Shown here: piece after piece, positions 1-12,426 of the stretch
How positions within the stretch are numbered: position 1 is the first letter of the stretch
Layout of the letters: every line of letters starts with the position of its first letter
Source of the DNA: Coniocarpon cinnabarinum
Taxonomy: Eukaryota
Direction of reading: 5' to 3'
DNA: 58,119 nucleotides
Assembly (NCBI GenBank): GCA_051942205.1
Contig: JAVECO010000153.1
Location: forward strand, 1 to 58,119
Position numbers and translations under genes: made by a program
The notes under the pieces: model-generated
Database searches by the model: none
The model's input: only the letters and a program-made list of their open reading frames with translations
What the model was told of the DNA's origin: nothing

Positions 1-3000
1 TCTAATATAATATAGAAAAGTAGAAGCTAGCATATAAAAGCCTTTTTAATAATAAGACTATATATAACTTTAGCGCTATTATAGTATAGAAGCCTTATTC
101 TTTCTATCTAGCAGGTTAAGGTCTTATTATACTACTAGTAGTATCTATATACTAGATATAATATCTTCCTATAGGTTATCTTCTAGAGCAACTTAATACT
201 TATCTATAATTAGACCGCTATTAAGCCTACTTATAGATAAATAAATTAATTAAGATAGTACTAGTAGTAATTAAGTTAACTAATATTATAGCGGTTATAC
301 TATATTTACTAATATAGATAATTCTTCTATTCTTAATATATATTCTACCTAGTAGGTTATAAGCAGAGGGGCAAGAAATACTAAAATAGTCTCTATAATT
401 ACTCGCTAACATAATTATAAGAACTAAAGACTAATATCCTATTCTTAATATACTAGTTACTAGAGATTTTAATTAATATAACCTACTCTAAGGTAGTATT
501 AAGGCTACAGAATAAGGCTTATAAGATAAATCTAATATAATCTATAAGCTTATCTAAGCATATAATTTCTACTCCCTACTTCTAATAGGGACGATTATAT
601 TTAAGGAATTAGCTAGATTATTAATAATTAACCTTATTTTTGTATTAGCTTAACTTACTAAAGAGGTCTTCTAGTATTTGACTCTTTTTAATAACTATAG
701 ATTCGATTACCTCCCTATTTAGATAGTCTTTATAATTAAAGTACCTATAGTAATATAAAGCGAAAGCTATAACTTTAGATAGGCTCCCTAGACTAAAATT
801 AACGCCTATATCTTAGAAGAAGTTAAATACTAGAGTACTAGCCCTATAGCCAACTTAATAGTCGATTATTAGAAAGCAAGGCTAGTAGAGGTAGTTTAGA
901 AAGCCTTATATCTACACTACCTTAGATATAGACTATTACTATATACAAAATACTAGTAGTTAGCTAATCTTATAGCACTACACAATAACTATCGCTAGAA
1001 ATAGAATATAGCACGCTCTACACGTTACTAGGGTACTAGCTCCTTATACCTAGAGTAGGTTATAAGAGAAGCCTTACGCGAATAGTTAAAAATAGTTAAG
1101 ACTAGAAAGAAGGACTACTAGTTATCTTTTTTTAATAATACTAATAATATTTAGAGAGCCTTATAGTATCTTAACCTAGCAAAGTTAAGCGTATTTATAT
1201 TAGTACTAGCGATTTAAGCAGATAAGACGCTTTATACTAATAACCTATTAATTACTAGCAAATTAATTACTATGTTCTTTCCCTAAGTACTAGATATAGC
1301 TAAGTAGTAGCAACTACTAGTTTTTAATTAGCTCCCTAACACTCCTCTAGATAATAATAAGATCTATAGGGCTATTTTTGCCTATAGTCCTAATAAAGCC
1401 CCTAGTCTTAATAGGCTTCCTATATTAGTATAGCAAAAGACATAGGAACCGCTTAGCGTCTATATTTGCTACCTTTTTAAGGATAGCTTAGCTTAGGTAG
1501 AGCTCTTAGAGCCGTAGAAGACTGCAAAAATTGTACCCCTTAAGAAATAAGGCAAGTCTAATTATATAGTACCTAAAGTATATCGTTTAATTTTATTGCT
1601 CGCTATATTAGGTAAAGCCCTAGAGTACCTAGTAGCTAAATATATCTCTTTTCTAGTTAAAGAGCATTTATTACTACTAGCTATATACTTTAGTAGCCGT
1701 AAATAACGCTCTATAGTTTAAGTACTAACGTACTTCTAAGAAAGTGTCTATATAGCATAGTAATAAAGAAAAGTACTTTTAATAGTCTTATTTAACAATA
1801 AAGGTGCTTTTAATAGAATCTTAAAAGCTACTCTTCTTACTTACCTATATAGTTGACAAGTCCTAGAGTAGCTAGTATACTAGATTAATAGCTTCTATTC
1901 TAATAGGCAAGCATTAGTGCTTATTAATAGATATAAATTACCTAAAACTTTACTATGTTAGGCTAGCCTTCTATAGGGTTCGCCCTTATTACCTATATTA
2001 TTTCTATTCTTTAATACTAACCTAGTATAATATAACGTACAGGGGGAAGGTTTTTTCGCCTATATTAACAATTATATAGCTTAGATAGTAGGAAACTCTA
2101 CTATAGACAATAGAGTCTAAATTAAAGCTAATCTACTACTATTTCTTTATAAATAGGAAGTAAATAGTAGTACAACCTTTAAAATAGAGAAGACATAATT
2201 TTGCTACTATACATAATATTATAATAAAGTAGATAATTAGTGCCTTATATTTAAAAATTAAGAGATTTAGCCTACTAGAGATATAAAGCTCCTAGAAGTT
2301 ATATTTAATTTAGTACTCTATTTTAATAAGTATATTACTAATATAGCAGTAAAGGTATCTAAAGCGGCCCTTGTACTATAACGCCTTTAAGGCCTACGCC
2401 TAGTTATTACTTATTAATTATTTATCTTAACTATTACACTAGTAAAGGACTACGCCTTACTAATCTAGTTACAATAGATAGTATTAAGGCTTCTCTATTA
2501 ATTTAATAGGAGCTAACGTATTACTATAGTATCTATTATAGGAGAGTTTCGCTCTAACTTATTAATAGTACTAGAGTACAAAGCAGCTATTATATCTTTC
2601 TTAGAGCGCTATTTATCGTAAGCCTAAGCCTTTTAGATTATAATAAACACCTTATAAACTTAATATCCTCTATAAAGACAACATATTAGTTAAAGTAAAC
2701 GATTTTTAAGCCCTCTACAATATATTTAGGAACAATTTAGTAATATAGATACTGCCTATCTAGAAATAATTAAACTATATTATATACCTCTATAGAGACT
2801 ACTACTAAGAGTAGAGGTCTCTTAATAAGAAGAGGTTATTAATAGAACTAGTATATAACGTATTAGCGATATATTTATAGACGCCTTAATTTAAAAAGAG
2901 CGTCTAGGCCTAGGTATATAGCATTCTAAAGGCTATTAGGCCTCTATCTAGGTTATTGGCTACTAGGTACTATATATAGGTAAATTACTTACTATTAAGC

Positions 3001-4130
3001 AGGCTATAATTATAGCAGTACTACTATACTAGATAGTTAGCCTAGTTATAGTCTATTTAGATTGCCTAGCAGTAATTTAATCTATCTAATAGCTAAAGTA
3101 TTAATTAGAATAAATAGTTCTACGCTAGATACTTAAATTAGCGCATATATAGATAAACTTCTACTAGTATCCTAGCTACTCTAATATTAATAGTAACAAG
3201 CACGCCTATTAGCTAGCTAGGTTAGCTACACAATACAAAGAAGAGATTTAGAATATAATAAGGTACTACTTAATAGTTAAGAGTAAGATTTATAGATAGA
3301 AATTATAACTAGTAGAAGATTTAAGAGTAGGTATATATAGTTAGTAAATTACTAGACATATTAATAAGGCTCTAATAGTATAACTATATCTTAAGAAGCT
3401 ATATAACTTCCTTCTAAGGTAGAGCGCAACAATTCTATATTAGTTATATATAGGGAAAGCTAGACTTAATAAGTATCTATTAAAAATTAAGGCAGCTAAT
3501 AGCAATCTATATAAATATAGATAGCTAGAGATAGTACAACACTTTCTCTTCTACTACCTAAGATAGAGAGAATATTATAGCGTATTACTTAGTTACCCTT
3601 AATTTAGTAATATTATACCCTTTCTTAGTATATACTTAGTAATAAAACTACCTACTAGAGAACTAAAAGATAGTCTACTATTAAGGTAGACTCTAGATCT
3701 AGTAGTAGTTACTACTACTATTAAGTACGCCTATACTATAGAGCGCCTCTTACACTAAAGATAGTACTTACTTATATACGCCTCTCTACTAGCCTACCGC
3801 ACCTTTGTACTACACTGCTAAAGACTAGTGCACCTATAAGCATCGGCCTATAGATTAATAGGCTTTACTATAGAGCTTAGTAGGAGTTCTACGTTAGATT
3901 ATACTACCCCTTCTTCTCTTAGTCTACCTTAACCCTATACCTAACCGACTAACGTATACGTCTAAACGCTTAAATATGTTAAAGCACTGCTTTTTGGCAA
4001 CTTAGAGACTCCGTTTAGTGAGACGAGAATTAAATATGACTGCGGTTGAGCAGAATTGCTATATATAGTACTTACGTATGCTCATGCCCACTAGGGCGAC
4101 ACGGCACCTGAATCAATCAATCAATCAATC
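1..4130 (+). mobile_element. RIP-degenerated non-LTR retrotransposon (LINE, Tad1-like, RT + RNase H + C-terminal Zn knuckle), 5' part outside the window
   Basis: Extremely TpA-rich and AT-rich. Reversing C>T/G>A changes gives RT motifs KAPGLDG (~1396), YRPISLL..LGKALE (~1581), GLPQGSPLSPILF (~1965) and AYIDDY (~2058), RNase H motifs IFTDAS (~2872) and W.PGH...GNE.A (~3163), and CxC..ETVxHFLFxCP (~3509). Ends in an (AATC)5 tail. Confidence 0.9.
4111..4130 (+). repeat. (AATC)5 microsatellite forming the LINE 3' tail
   Basis: aatcaatcaatcaatcaatc directly after the LINE 3' UTR. Confidence 0.85.
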
Positions 4131-4132
4131 AA

Positions 4133-4512
4133 GCATTATAATCTCGCATGCGATTGCACGTAAAAGTCCTTACAAACCTTAAGACGACTCAAATTAGCGG
4201 GGAAAGGATTGTTAGATTCCACGTGCTATCTTTTAGGACCGTTGGTAGCAGTTTTAGCTTAATAGTAATGCTGTAGAGCGTAGGTCCATTTACGCTATAA
4301 AAAGAGGCTTTCCGCAAGTCAGGCGCTAAGACTATAACACTAACACTACTTAACAAGTAGTCGGTAACTAAGTGCGTAGCATTAGCTGTTGTATACAATC
4401 TATGTAAAATCATAGAAAACACTCTTGTCGTGACTGCGTTTGGGGTACTTGAAGTCAAAGTACCTTGAAATTTCTCGGCACGGGGGGATTCTCGGCACGC
4501 AGGGAGGGACGT
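4133..4512. mobile_element. Right end of a pogo/Fot1-like TIR element (ACGT family), interrupted on its left by the LINE
   Basis: 4471-4512 tttctcggcacggggggattctcggcacgcagggagggacgt followed by TA nearly matches 23896-23937. The preceding ~340 bp are colinear with ~23557-23895. Confidence 0.85.
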
Positions 4513-4514
4513 TA

Positions 4515-6032
4515 ATGCCTTTGCACAATGCAACAGGTTGCCCAAAGTCTCTGTCAAACGATGGAGACTCTTCTTGGATCTGTTTCCTGAGACTGCTTTG
4601 CAGCTTCGGAACCCCGATCCCTCAAGACTTCCTGCTTGCAGCAACTCGCCCACGCTCAGATTGGGACAAGAACGGGGAGCTGGTCGTCGATCAACCGCAG
4701 CCCTCTGCGTGGCTAAGCGTAGACATCTCAAGCTTCTTTCAGAATCCCGAAACAGTGTCTCAGGGCCTCAAACGTCTGGAAGAGGCCAATGTGATCACGT
4801 ACTGTAAAGAACAGCATATCCAGATTACACCTCAAGGTCGGGCAAGGGCAGGTTATGTCCCGTCCTCGGACAACAACTTGGCCATTATATGTCAGGCATG
4901 GCCAACGCAGCACGCGACCCCGGGTTACACGGCGCAAGTGATACGGTGGTGGAACATTATCGGCGATGCACAAGATTGTCTTGTCGAACTAGCGCGAACC
5001 TCAACTGGGCATCTTCGAAGATCGTTCGCCAACATCCTCCTTACCGCTGCGATCGCTCGGCGGGCACCACAGACCATTGAGCTAATAAAGTTAGTCGATT
5101 ACTTAATGATGTTCGAAAAAAAGATTTGTTTTCAACATGAGGTGGTCGCTATACAGCTATCGTATTTGACTGGTGGCATTCGGTTCCAAGGTCTGTTGGA
5201 TGTCGACGCTCGAGTTTCCCGAGCTAAGCTTAGCTGCATCGAATACTACTGTCGTTTAGCAAAGGATGGATCCAATCAGCAAACCGCTGAGCGATTCATA
5301 CGACAGGTTTCTTATGCACTCAGCGACCAAAGGTTGACCCCGCTTGTGCATCATGCCTGCCAATCCCTCTTCGAGTATGGTGCGACTCTCTACTTCCATT
5401 TAGGAAGACTTGATGAAGCGGCAAAGCTTGTTCGCAAAGCTTTGAGTTCTCAAATTCGCGACGACGACCTACGCTCATCAATGAATCGGCATCTTGCTCG
5501 TGTTCTTTGCGAAGAAGGAAAACCGCAAGAGGCATTTGAGCCACTTCGTCAAGCTGCCGAGTATCCCCCGCACTGCGCCACAACGAACTTAGAATACGCA
5601 GAGTTGTGTCTGCAGTCCACCCGATTGTACATAGCGAAAGCATACTTGGGCAAGATGCAAGCCTGCCTATGTGGGATCCCCTTCTCGAGCATCCGTGTGT
5701 CTGTGAACAGAGCACGTATGGCATATCTATACGGTGATTACCAAGAAGCCATTCGACGTTGGACAGAGATAATTGCAACCCCGAATGTATCGTGTAGCTC
5801 GACCGTTTATTACTCGCTGTCTTGCACATACTCTCAGGCTCAAGATGATGGCTCAGCTTTACGTTGGCGTCGAGAGGCAGAGATCGCGGAAGTGAGCCCG
5901 ATGAAGGTGAAATGGTATTTTATATGGGGTTTCGAAGGCTGGTGGCGCCAGAGAGTCTTGCGTGAGTGTGAGGATGCGGGAATACGTTTGGGCTATGCCA
6001 AAAACGTACACAGGTCTCTTGAGGCATTGTGA
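4515..6032 (+). CDS. TPR-repeat protein (505 aa from ATG 4515); N-terminus resembles the helical region after the NTPase domain of fungal NLR-like proteins; no P-loop visible
   Basis: Intact ORF with TPR-like units (YFHLGRLDEAAKLVRKAL, LCEEGKPQEAFEPLRQA, YLYGDYQEAIRRWTEI). The track's start at 4440 lies within the TIR element; the first ATG follows its TA. Confidence 0.7.
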   Translation: MPLHNATGCPKSLSNDGDSSWICFLRLLCSFGTPIPQDFLLAATRPRSDWDKNGELVVDQPQPSAWLSVDISSFFQNPETVSQGLKRLEEANVITYCKEQHIQITPQGRARAGYVPSSDNNLAIICQAWPTQHATPGYTAQVIRWWNIIGDAQDCLVELARTSTGHLRRSFANILLTAAIARRAPQTIELIKLVDYLMMFEKKICFQHEVVAIQLSYLTGGIRFQGLLDVDARVSRAKLSCIEYYCRLAKDGSNQQTAERFIRQVSYALSDQRLTPLVHHACQSLFEYGATLYFHLGRLDEAAKLVRKALSSQIRDDDLRSSMNRHLARVLCEEGKPQEAFEPLRQAAEYPPHCATTNLEYAELCLQSTRLYIAKAYLGKMQACLCGIPFSSIRVSVNRARMAYLYGDYQEAIRRWTEIIATPNVSCSSTVYYSLSCTYSQAQDDGSALRWRREAEIAEVSPMKVKWYFIWGFEGWWRQRVLRECEDAGIRLGYAKNVHRSLEAL

Positions 6033-6649
6033 AAGCGCCACGCGGACGATCAGAACCGGACTGCGCGTCGCGTCGCGTCGCAACTTTCACAATCTTGCTT
6101 TCCGTTGCATGCACATGACTGTTCGAGCCCACACCAGTGCTTACCCCTCTTTAGTGACGCTACAGCAATGTCGCTGACTCATCTGCGATTGACGTTGCAT
6201 TCGGGAGAAAGATGATTCGCATTGTCCATCGACACTTCGATAAAAAGATGTCTCCTTGTCGAAAGGCTGGTCGCGGCAGATGAATATCAAATCGCCTTTG
6301 CAGCTTGTGCTGTTTAAGGGTTTGTGGGATGAGAATGCGCAATGCACGGGACGCAAGCCGACCCTGTCCAGGTTTGCTCGACCGTGTGATGCGCATTCAC
6401 AGCAGCCAAACAAGTTTAGCTTGTGTTTGAAAAGTAGCGCTTACAAATCTTCGTTATTAAGCGATAGAGCATCGAGGCCATAAGAAGTTTAATCTGCTAC
6501 TACCCAATTGAATTGGCAGTGAAACGTCGAGACCTCAGCAAGCGCCCCAAGGCTCGCTAGTGTCAAAAGCAGCTTAGTGTGTTTCGTCCAGGTATTGCGC
6601 ATTCCAACCGAACAATTCCTCGTTTGCAATTTCGCATTCTTCTAGAGCA

Positions 6650-8343
6650 GTTCTTTGTTTGCAACTTCTCGCTCTTCTAGACCAAGCGCTCGCCTGTCTC
6701 TCGCACAAACGCTGTGGACGTCTCCCGCGTAAACGCTGTCGCTGTCTTTGGCGTAGACGCTGTGGCCCTTTCACGCAAACATTATAGCTGCCTCTCACGC
6801 AAACGCCCACCCGACTCATCTGCCAACTCCTCCTAGCCAAATCTCTCCACAGCACAGTAAACGCAAACGATCACTCGATACCTAATTTTATAAAGTATCG
6901 CTGTCTGCTACTAAAAGATAACGCATCAAATCTAAAGATACTGAGCCTTACATAGCAAAAGAAGATTCTCTTTCCTACTAGGTAGAAACTAACACCTAGC
7001 CTTAGCTACGTAAAGAACCTTTAGAGATGCCTAGTCTATTAAAAAAGAGGGATACAAGTAGTAGTCCTTCCTCCTCGACCTATTAGTTATAGAAGTACTA
7101 AGAACTCGCAGAGTATAGTATTTATAGTAAAGAACCCCTGTTTCTCTAAAGCGAAAGTCACAACTTTTATAAAGAGCTGCTTAAATAGCGCTTCTCGATA
7201 GTACGCTATACAAGTATTCTATATAATAAATTTAAAGATATGTTAGCTTGTATACTTTACCTTAATAAGACACGTATTTAGCGTGATATTACCCTATAGG
7301 TAGCACTATCGCCTAAAATCCTCTGTTTTTGGGGAGAAGCGGGTATAGATAGACTAGGAGAAGAGTTAAACACGCAATAGAGCCGCTGCTATCAGACGAT
7401 AGGATCGACATATCCAAAACTAGATTTAACTGTTGGCTTAATGCCTTTAGTATTCTTATTAGATAAACTAAAGATACTTTAAAATAATGCCTCGCTATAC
7501 TGTCTATGCTACACTACGCCTAATCTCTATTTCCCCTTTCTTACTTATAAAGCGAAGTCTAGCTAAGAAGGACTAGATAAGGCAGATAGTTAAAACCTCT
7601 ATAGCGCGGCTATTTTAGTATAAGCAATCTTCTAGCTATACAAGCGCGTATATAGATAGCAATCATCTAAAATGCTTAAAGACTTAGATAGCTGTACACT
7701 TATATTCTTAATCTTCTATAACGCCTATTAAATTTATCTGTATAGTTACTTCGCTGTATATAGAGAAGTAGTATTAGTGTTAGAGCTATACTACTACTGC
7801 TATTTAATTAAGCTTCTAAGTCTTAAGGTAAGAGGCGGAAGGGACCGCCTTATTGCTTATAACTTTGTCTAAAACGTGTACAAGCGCTTTACACTACACC
7901 ACTTATCACGTATTCGAGAAGCAGTCGCGGTGCTTTCTTGGTCTCGCTTACAGAGCCTCGTGCCTTCTGGAGCATCTGAGTTTGGAGCTGAAGATGTCAA
8001 CTCGCAGGATCAGTCAGACGCTGGCTCGTCCGACGGCGACCGTGGGCGCAAGCACGTGCGGCACGACGGCGCCGCTATGGCCACCATGCGAACACAGATG
8101 TCTCAGTTAATAGAGCGGTTGACGCAACAGCAAGAGGACAATACAAAATAGCGAGAGGATAGTGCAAAGCAGCTAGCACAGCAGCGAGAGGATAGTGCAA
8201 AGCAGCTGGCACAGCAGCGAGAGGATAGTGCAAAACAGATGTCTCAGCTAATAGAGCAGTTGACGCAACAGCGAGCGGACAGTACAAAACAACTAGCACA
8301 TCTCCAACAAATCATTGATGTACTTTGTAAGAAGCAGGCTTGA
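6650..8343 (+). pseudogene. RIP-inactivated DUF7924-like (PD-(D/E)xK-type) protein gene with a C-terminal coiled-coil repeat; 5' end approximate
   Basis: De-RIPed translation gives PKPDLTVGL (~7414), TPDLYFPFLTCEAKS..GLDKAD.QNL.SAA (~7516-7610) and AYNFVQNVYERF..HHLSRIREAV (~7855-7925), then QQREDSAKQLA repeats. Many TAA/TAG codons sit at CAA/CAG/TGG positions. Confidence 0.65.
8094..8290 (+). repeat. Coding tandem repeat: ~3 x 33 bp (QREDSAKQLAQ) bracketed by two ~55-bp copies (QMSQLIE.LTQQ)
   Basis: cagcgagaggatagtgcaaagcagct(a/g)gcacag is repeated; acagatgtctcag(t/c)taatagagc occurs at 8094 and 8236. Confidence 0.85.
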
Positions 8344-9144
8344 CATAGATCAATGTTACCGGTCTTAATACATCTTGAGACTAACGTGGTAATGTAATTG
8401 CCTTATCTTTCACTAAGAACCAGTAGAAGCCACGTCATAAGGCACTTGTTTTCTATGCGTAACTCATCTTTTCTTTAGAGACGGAATATCAGGTTCCGAG
8501 CTTTTCCTTCGACAGCCTCCCGAACACCGACGTGATTCTCCCACTCTCGAGCATCGGCAATGCAAAGACATAGTTTGGCTTGTTTCAAAGCCTTCGAGGG
8601 CACGCAGTCCACGAAGATATCGTCTATCTCAGGTTGTGATCCGCCAATAGTGCCCGCGTCCTTCCATTGCTGACATTTTTCGCTTGTATGGACGCCACGC
8701 TTCACTCTTCGTGCCACAAGTACAGTCCTTTGCAAAACCGGTCTGCCTACTACAGTCCTTTGCAAAACCGGCCTTCCCAATATCTATTTATCTGCACGGA
8801 TCATCTACTAGTTTGTTTCAGCTTGAGGTCTAGCTTACGATCGTCTAGATATATCTCATGTCATCTCGATAACTATTTAAATATCCCGCTAGCTCAAGTT
8901 GTGCCATAGACATAGTAATAGTTGCTGCGCCGCACAATGATGTGATTGACAGCCTTGCGCGCGCCTCAATCACATACTCGTAAATAGGTCACGTACCTAG
9001 TACGTGCGCACAATGTTTCACTTTTTTGGAGTGACTGACGCGTCTACCTATGTGATTCCACGCATAGCAGTTAGTTTCATAGCCAACGAATGATAGCAGC
9101 ATTAATCAAGATCATCGTCTTTCGTCTACCTAGGAGGGAACTTT

Positions 9145-10049
9145 ATGTACTTCAACAGCGACGAAGAAATCGAGACTCCCACTAAGAAACCTATAGATCA
9201 AGCAAACGCCCACACATACCTCGTAAAGGCTATTACAAAGTATAAACATAACATCGGCGACTAAAATCTAAGGCGCTAACGAGATCTTAGCCTCTATAAT
9301 AACCTAATGCACTCTAACCTGCTTATTCGCTGCAACGAGTTAAAACTTTATGCCTACAAGAGTATTGTCTTAAGTTAAGGTGGCTATTTTGTAGCGAACA
9401 TTAATGCCTTCCAAGTAAGATTAAGAACATGTCTCTTGCCTTGTTCTTAGAAGTTGTCTCTAACAAGTGTATTTCTAGGAAGGTTAAGATTATATACTCG
9501 ATCTCTCTAATCATAACGCCAACAAAGTTGCCGCCGTTGTTTAACACCTCTACAGTATTTCCTACAAAGTGCCAGACAATAACGAGAGTACTGCCCTTTT
9601 CTACGCTAGCGTTTATACAAAGGCGGAGTACTTCAAGCTTAATAAGCTAAAGAAACGTATGCCTACAGCTTAGCATCTACTTGCAGGCTAGTAACACTAA
9701 TCTAACCAACATAGAAGCTAAGCACAATTTTAAGAAGGTTGTTGTTAGTGACAAGTCTAGGGGTTCGCGATCAGCCTTCCTAGCGGCAAAACGCGTATAT
9801 GATGACACGCGAGATAAAATCGCGGAAAATAATCGCAGCCTCAAAGATATCGTTCTTAGGGTCGTGAACCAGTACCGACGGGAAATATTAATTGAAGACG
9901 AAAGCAACAAGCTTCAGCTCAAAGAAATTCCTGGGCTTGCTTACGACCTGGCACTCACTGAGCCGGTGACATCTCGTTCGTGCTGCGTCAGCTGCAGTCT
10001 CCGAGGAACTAAGAATGGATATTGTTCTTCGTGTGGTCGCTCACTTTGA
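9145..10049 (+). pseudogene. BTB/POZ-domain protein gene, RIP-inactivated, with a C-terminal CxxC..CxxC tail
   Basis: LLIRC.EL.L.A.KSIVLS.GGYF (~9318-9390) resembles the BTB N-terminal motif. AKRVYDDT...SLKDIV...IPGLAYDL resembles the C-terminal helices of fungal BTB proteins. In-frame stops in the 5' half; probable intron at gtaag ~9414. Confidence 0.6.
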
Positions 10050-10676
10050 TTGAGCTAACTTACGTTTGGAGGCGGGTGTCAAGACACTGATTTTGCGACA
10101 AGAAGACAGTTTGGGATGCCAAGCTTTTAGCCTCTGGTTGGATCTGGGCGTGAATTGCACGCCACGATTTCTTCCCAACAATGTTTTGCACAAAGCACAA
10201 GACGTGAATAAGCCTGCATTTAAGACTCAGATGTTCAGGATTGTATGATGTAGCTGCAGATTTCCTTCCCTGTTTGATCTTTTAAGACCCATCAAAAGAA
10301 GGGGCGCTATACCAGTACCTCATAGTACAATGAACGAAGCGATACCTTGAGTACTTCAGGCCGATAGAATATGAACTTGGCCATCTATTCAGCATCCATA
10401 CCACTAGAGTAGCTACCAGTAATGAATTTGTTAGTTTACTTCCAGATTCTCGGTATTGAAGTAGACCTTTGGGCTGCTTCAACCCAAGTGCTAAAGTCAC
10501 TGTGACATGCTGGGTACTAGTGCAGCATCTCGCGGCACAGCCACAAGTGAGAATCGTGGGTGCAAAGCTACAAGGCGTCCAAAATGTATCTAAATGCCAA
10601 TGCCAATATTATGCGCGAGGGCACAAGTATTTACTTTCTTAGAACTTAAAGCCCAGGGAGCAAGATAACCGAGAAT

Positions 10677-12426
10677 ATGTCCATTGCATTTGGCTCCGTC
10701 GGCGACATTATCGCGGTGGTCTTGCTAATCAAAGACCTCGTAAACGCTCTCAATGATTGTAAAGGATCCGCATACCACTTTCAGCGCCTTTGTGAGCAAC
10801 TTCGGGTTCTTGAGCAAGCTTTGCTCCAAGTCAATCAACTCGTGCAAAAACACGAATCGTCTATAGAGCTCAATGCACTATGTGTGGCAGCAGATCAAGC
10901 CGCAAGAGCCTGCCGTGGCTCGACTGAACACTTCCTCAAACGAATAAAGGCATACCACAACTCACTGAAGCAGTATGGATCGGGTAATATCTTGAAGGAT
11001 GTGGCACGCAAGATTCAATGGAATGTCTTGAGAAAGGAAGAAGTGGACAGATTTTATGCCGAGATGGTCGCGCATACTCAATCGCTCAATCTCCTCCTCA
11101 TGACCTGGGGCATGTGAGTCCTCCCGGTCCCTCATAGCTGACATACTGGTTTGTGCTAATATAGTCAAGTAATACCATCGAAATGCATGGATCAAAGACT
11201 CATCAAGCTCTCGCAGCCGCTGAAGAAGTAAGGAAAGCATCAGACCAGACACAAGAGGGCCTGCTCAACCTCATCTTGACAAGAGTCAACAATGCTGTTA
11301 GCATATCAGAGGATACTAGCAATATCCTGCAACAGACAGTATCAATATCGCGCATTCGATGGCTTCAACAGCTTGGATCTAAGCTTATGGACATGATGAC
11401 CAATATACAAACCTCTACTCTCAACATCTGTGCAAATGTCCGGTCTCTAAATGACAGGATGTCTGAGCTGTGCTCCCAAGTCCTGCTCATGGAAGCTCCC
11501 ATAGTGCTGATCGACTCGCATGGACGCCGAATGCCAATGCACCTGCAGTTCATCAACTCTTGGGAAGCTTTCGATGCAGTTATGGAGGTGAGATTCTTGC
11601 TCTCGCCAATGTTTTAAGACTTATGTCCCTGATCGGCAACACTAACCTATGGACCCGCAGGTCCGCTTTCGCGGTTCTAGGGGCCATCGCAAAATCATGA
11701 ACAAAGAATACGCATTGGCCGACAGCAAAAGTGGCCTAGACGTAGAGCGTCATCGGCCTTGGGATAGCTGTTTTACACCTCGGCAGCAGGTCAATATGGA
11801 CATGATGTTTCAAAGTGCGGAGCTCAAAATGTCCAGCAGGACCGTCTGTCTACGTTGCTCTTACGATTCACATCTGTCTCAAACCCTAGCTGACGCCTTT
11901 GAGTCGCAATGGTAAGTCTAAGTTCCTCAAGAAGCACGATGTACTAACTTTCTGCAGTCCAGCCTGTGGTTTCGTTTGCAAAACAGTCACAGTAGCCGTG
12001 GACGCAATTCCAACCACACGAGCTCGACAGGATAATCCAATGTCGACAGGACCGATGCAAACTCGGAAGCGTTCGGTCCAATTTGAGGAAGATCTGGATC
12101 AGCCTAAGCATTTCAAGCGAGTACGTCTTCTCTCACAGATCATGCGAAAGGAGTCCAGTTCTCAGACAGCGCGCCGAAAGAGCAGATTCAAGGAGCTCTC
12201 CAGCGATTCGAAAGCGGAAGAGGTAATCAGTAGTCGCGATTCACATAATCCTTCTCTTCCGCCAGCTCAGAAATTGACGTTTGCCCCGCCACCCAGTGTA
12301 CATTCCCGCGAAGCTTCTATCCCCCGCGAAATATTAAAGCTTCATCGAGGGTCGTTTCCTATTGCTTGGCCGCCAAGCCAGGAACCACAGCCTCCGCCAC
12401 CGCGTCCACTATCGCAAGCCCAATAA
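10677..12426 (+). CDS. Four-exon protein: fungal STAND N-terminal (HeLo-like/SesA-type) domain + ubiquitin-like domain + CxxC motifs + Pro-rich tail
   Basis: MSIAFGSVGDIIAV...LND.KGS..F..L start, then PIVLIDSHGRRMPMHLQFINSWEAFDAVMEVRF...GHRKI..KEYAL...W...F.P.Q.VNMDMMF. GT-AG introns at 11114-11169, 11588-11660 and 11912-11957 join the ORF-track pieces in frame. Confidence 0.8.

Noticed and set aside
4440..4514. N-terminal 25 aa of the 530-aa ORF, and the 180-aa antisense ORF at 4189-4731
   Set aside because: They are translated from TIR/subterminal DNA with a non-ATG start; probably not coding.
8475..8720. Possible 3' half of the gene fragment at 17541-18095, split by the outer TIR element
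   Set aside because: Joining the flanks at the TA gives no convincingly continuous frame; cannot be supported without homologues.
8721..8780. Two 21-bp direct repeats 30 bp apart, superficially CRISPR-like or minisatellite-like
   Set aside because: Only two copies, in a eukaryote; explained as the left ends of two nested TIR elements.
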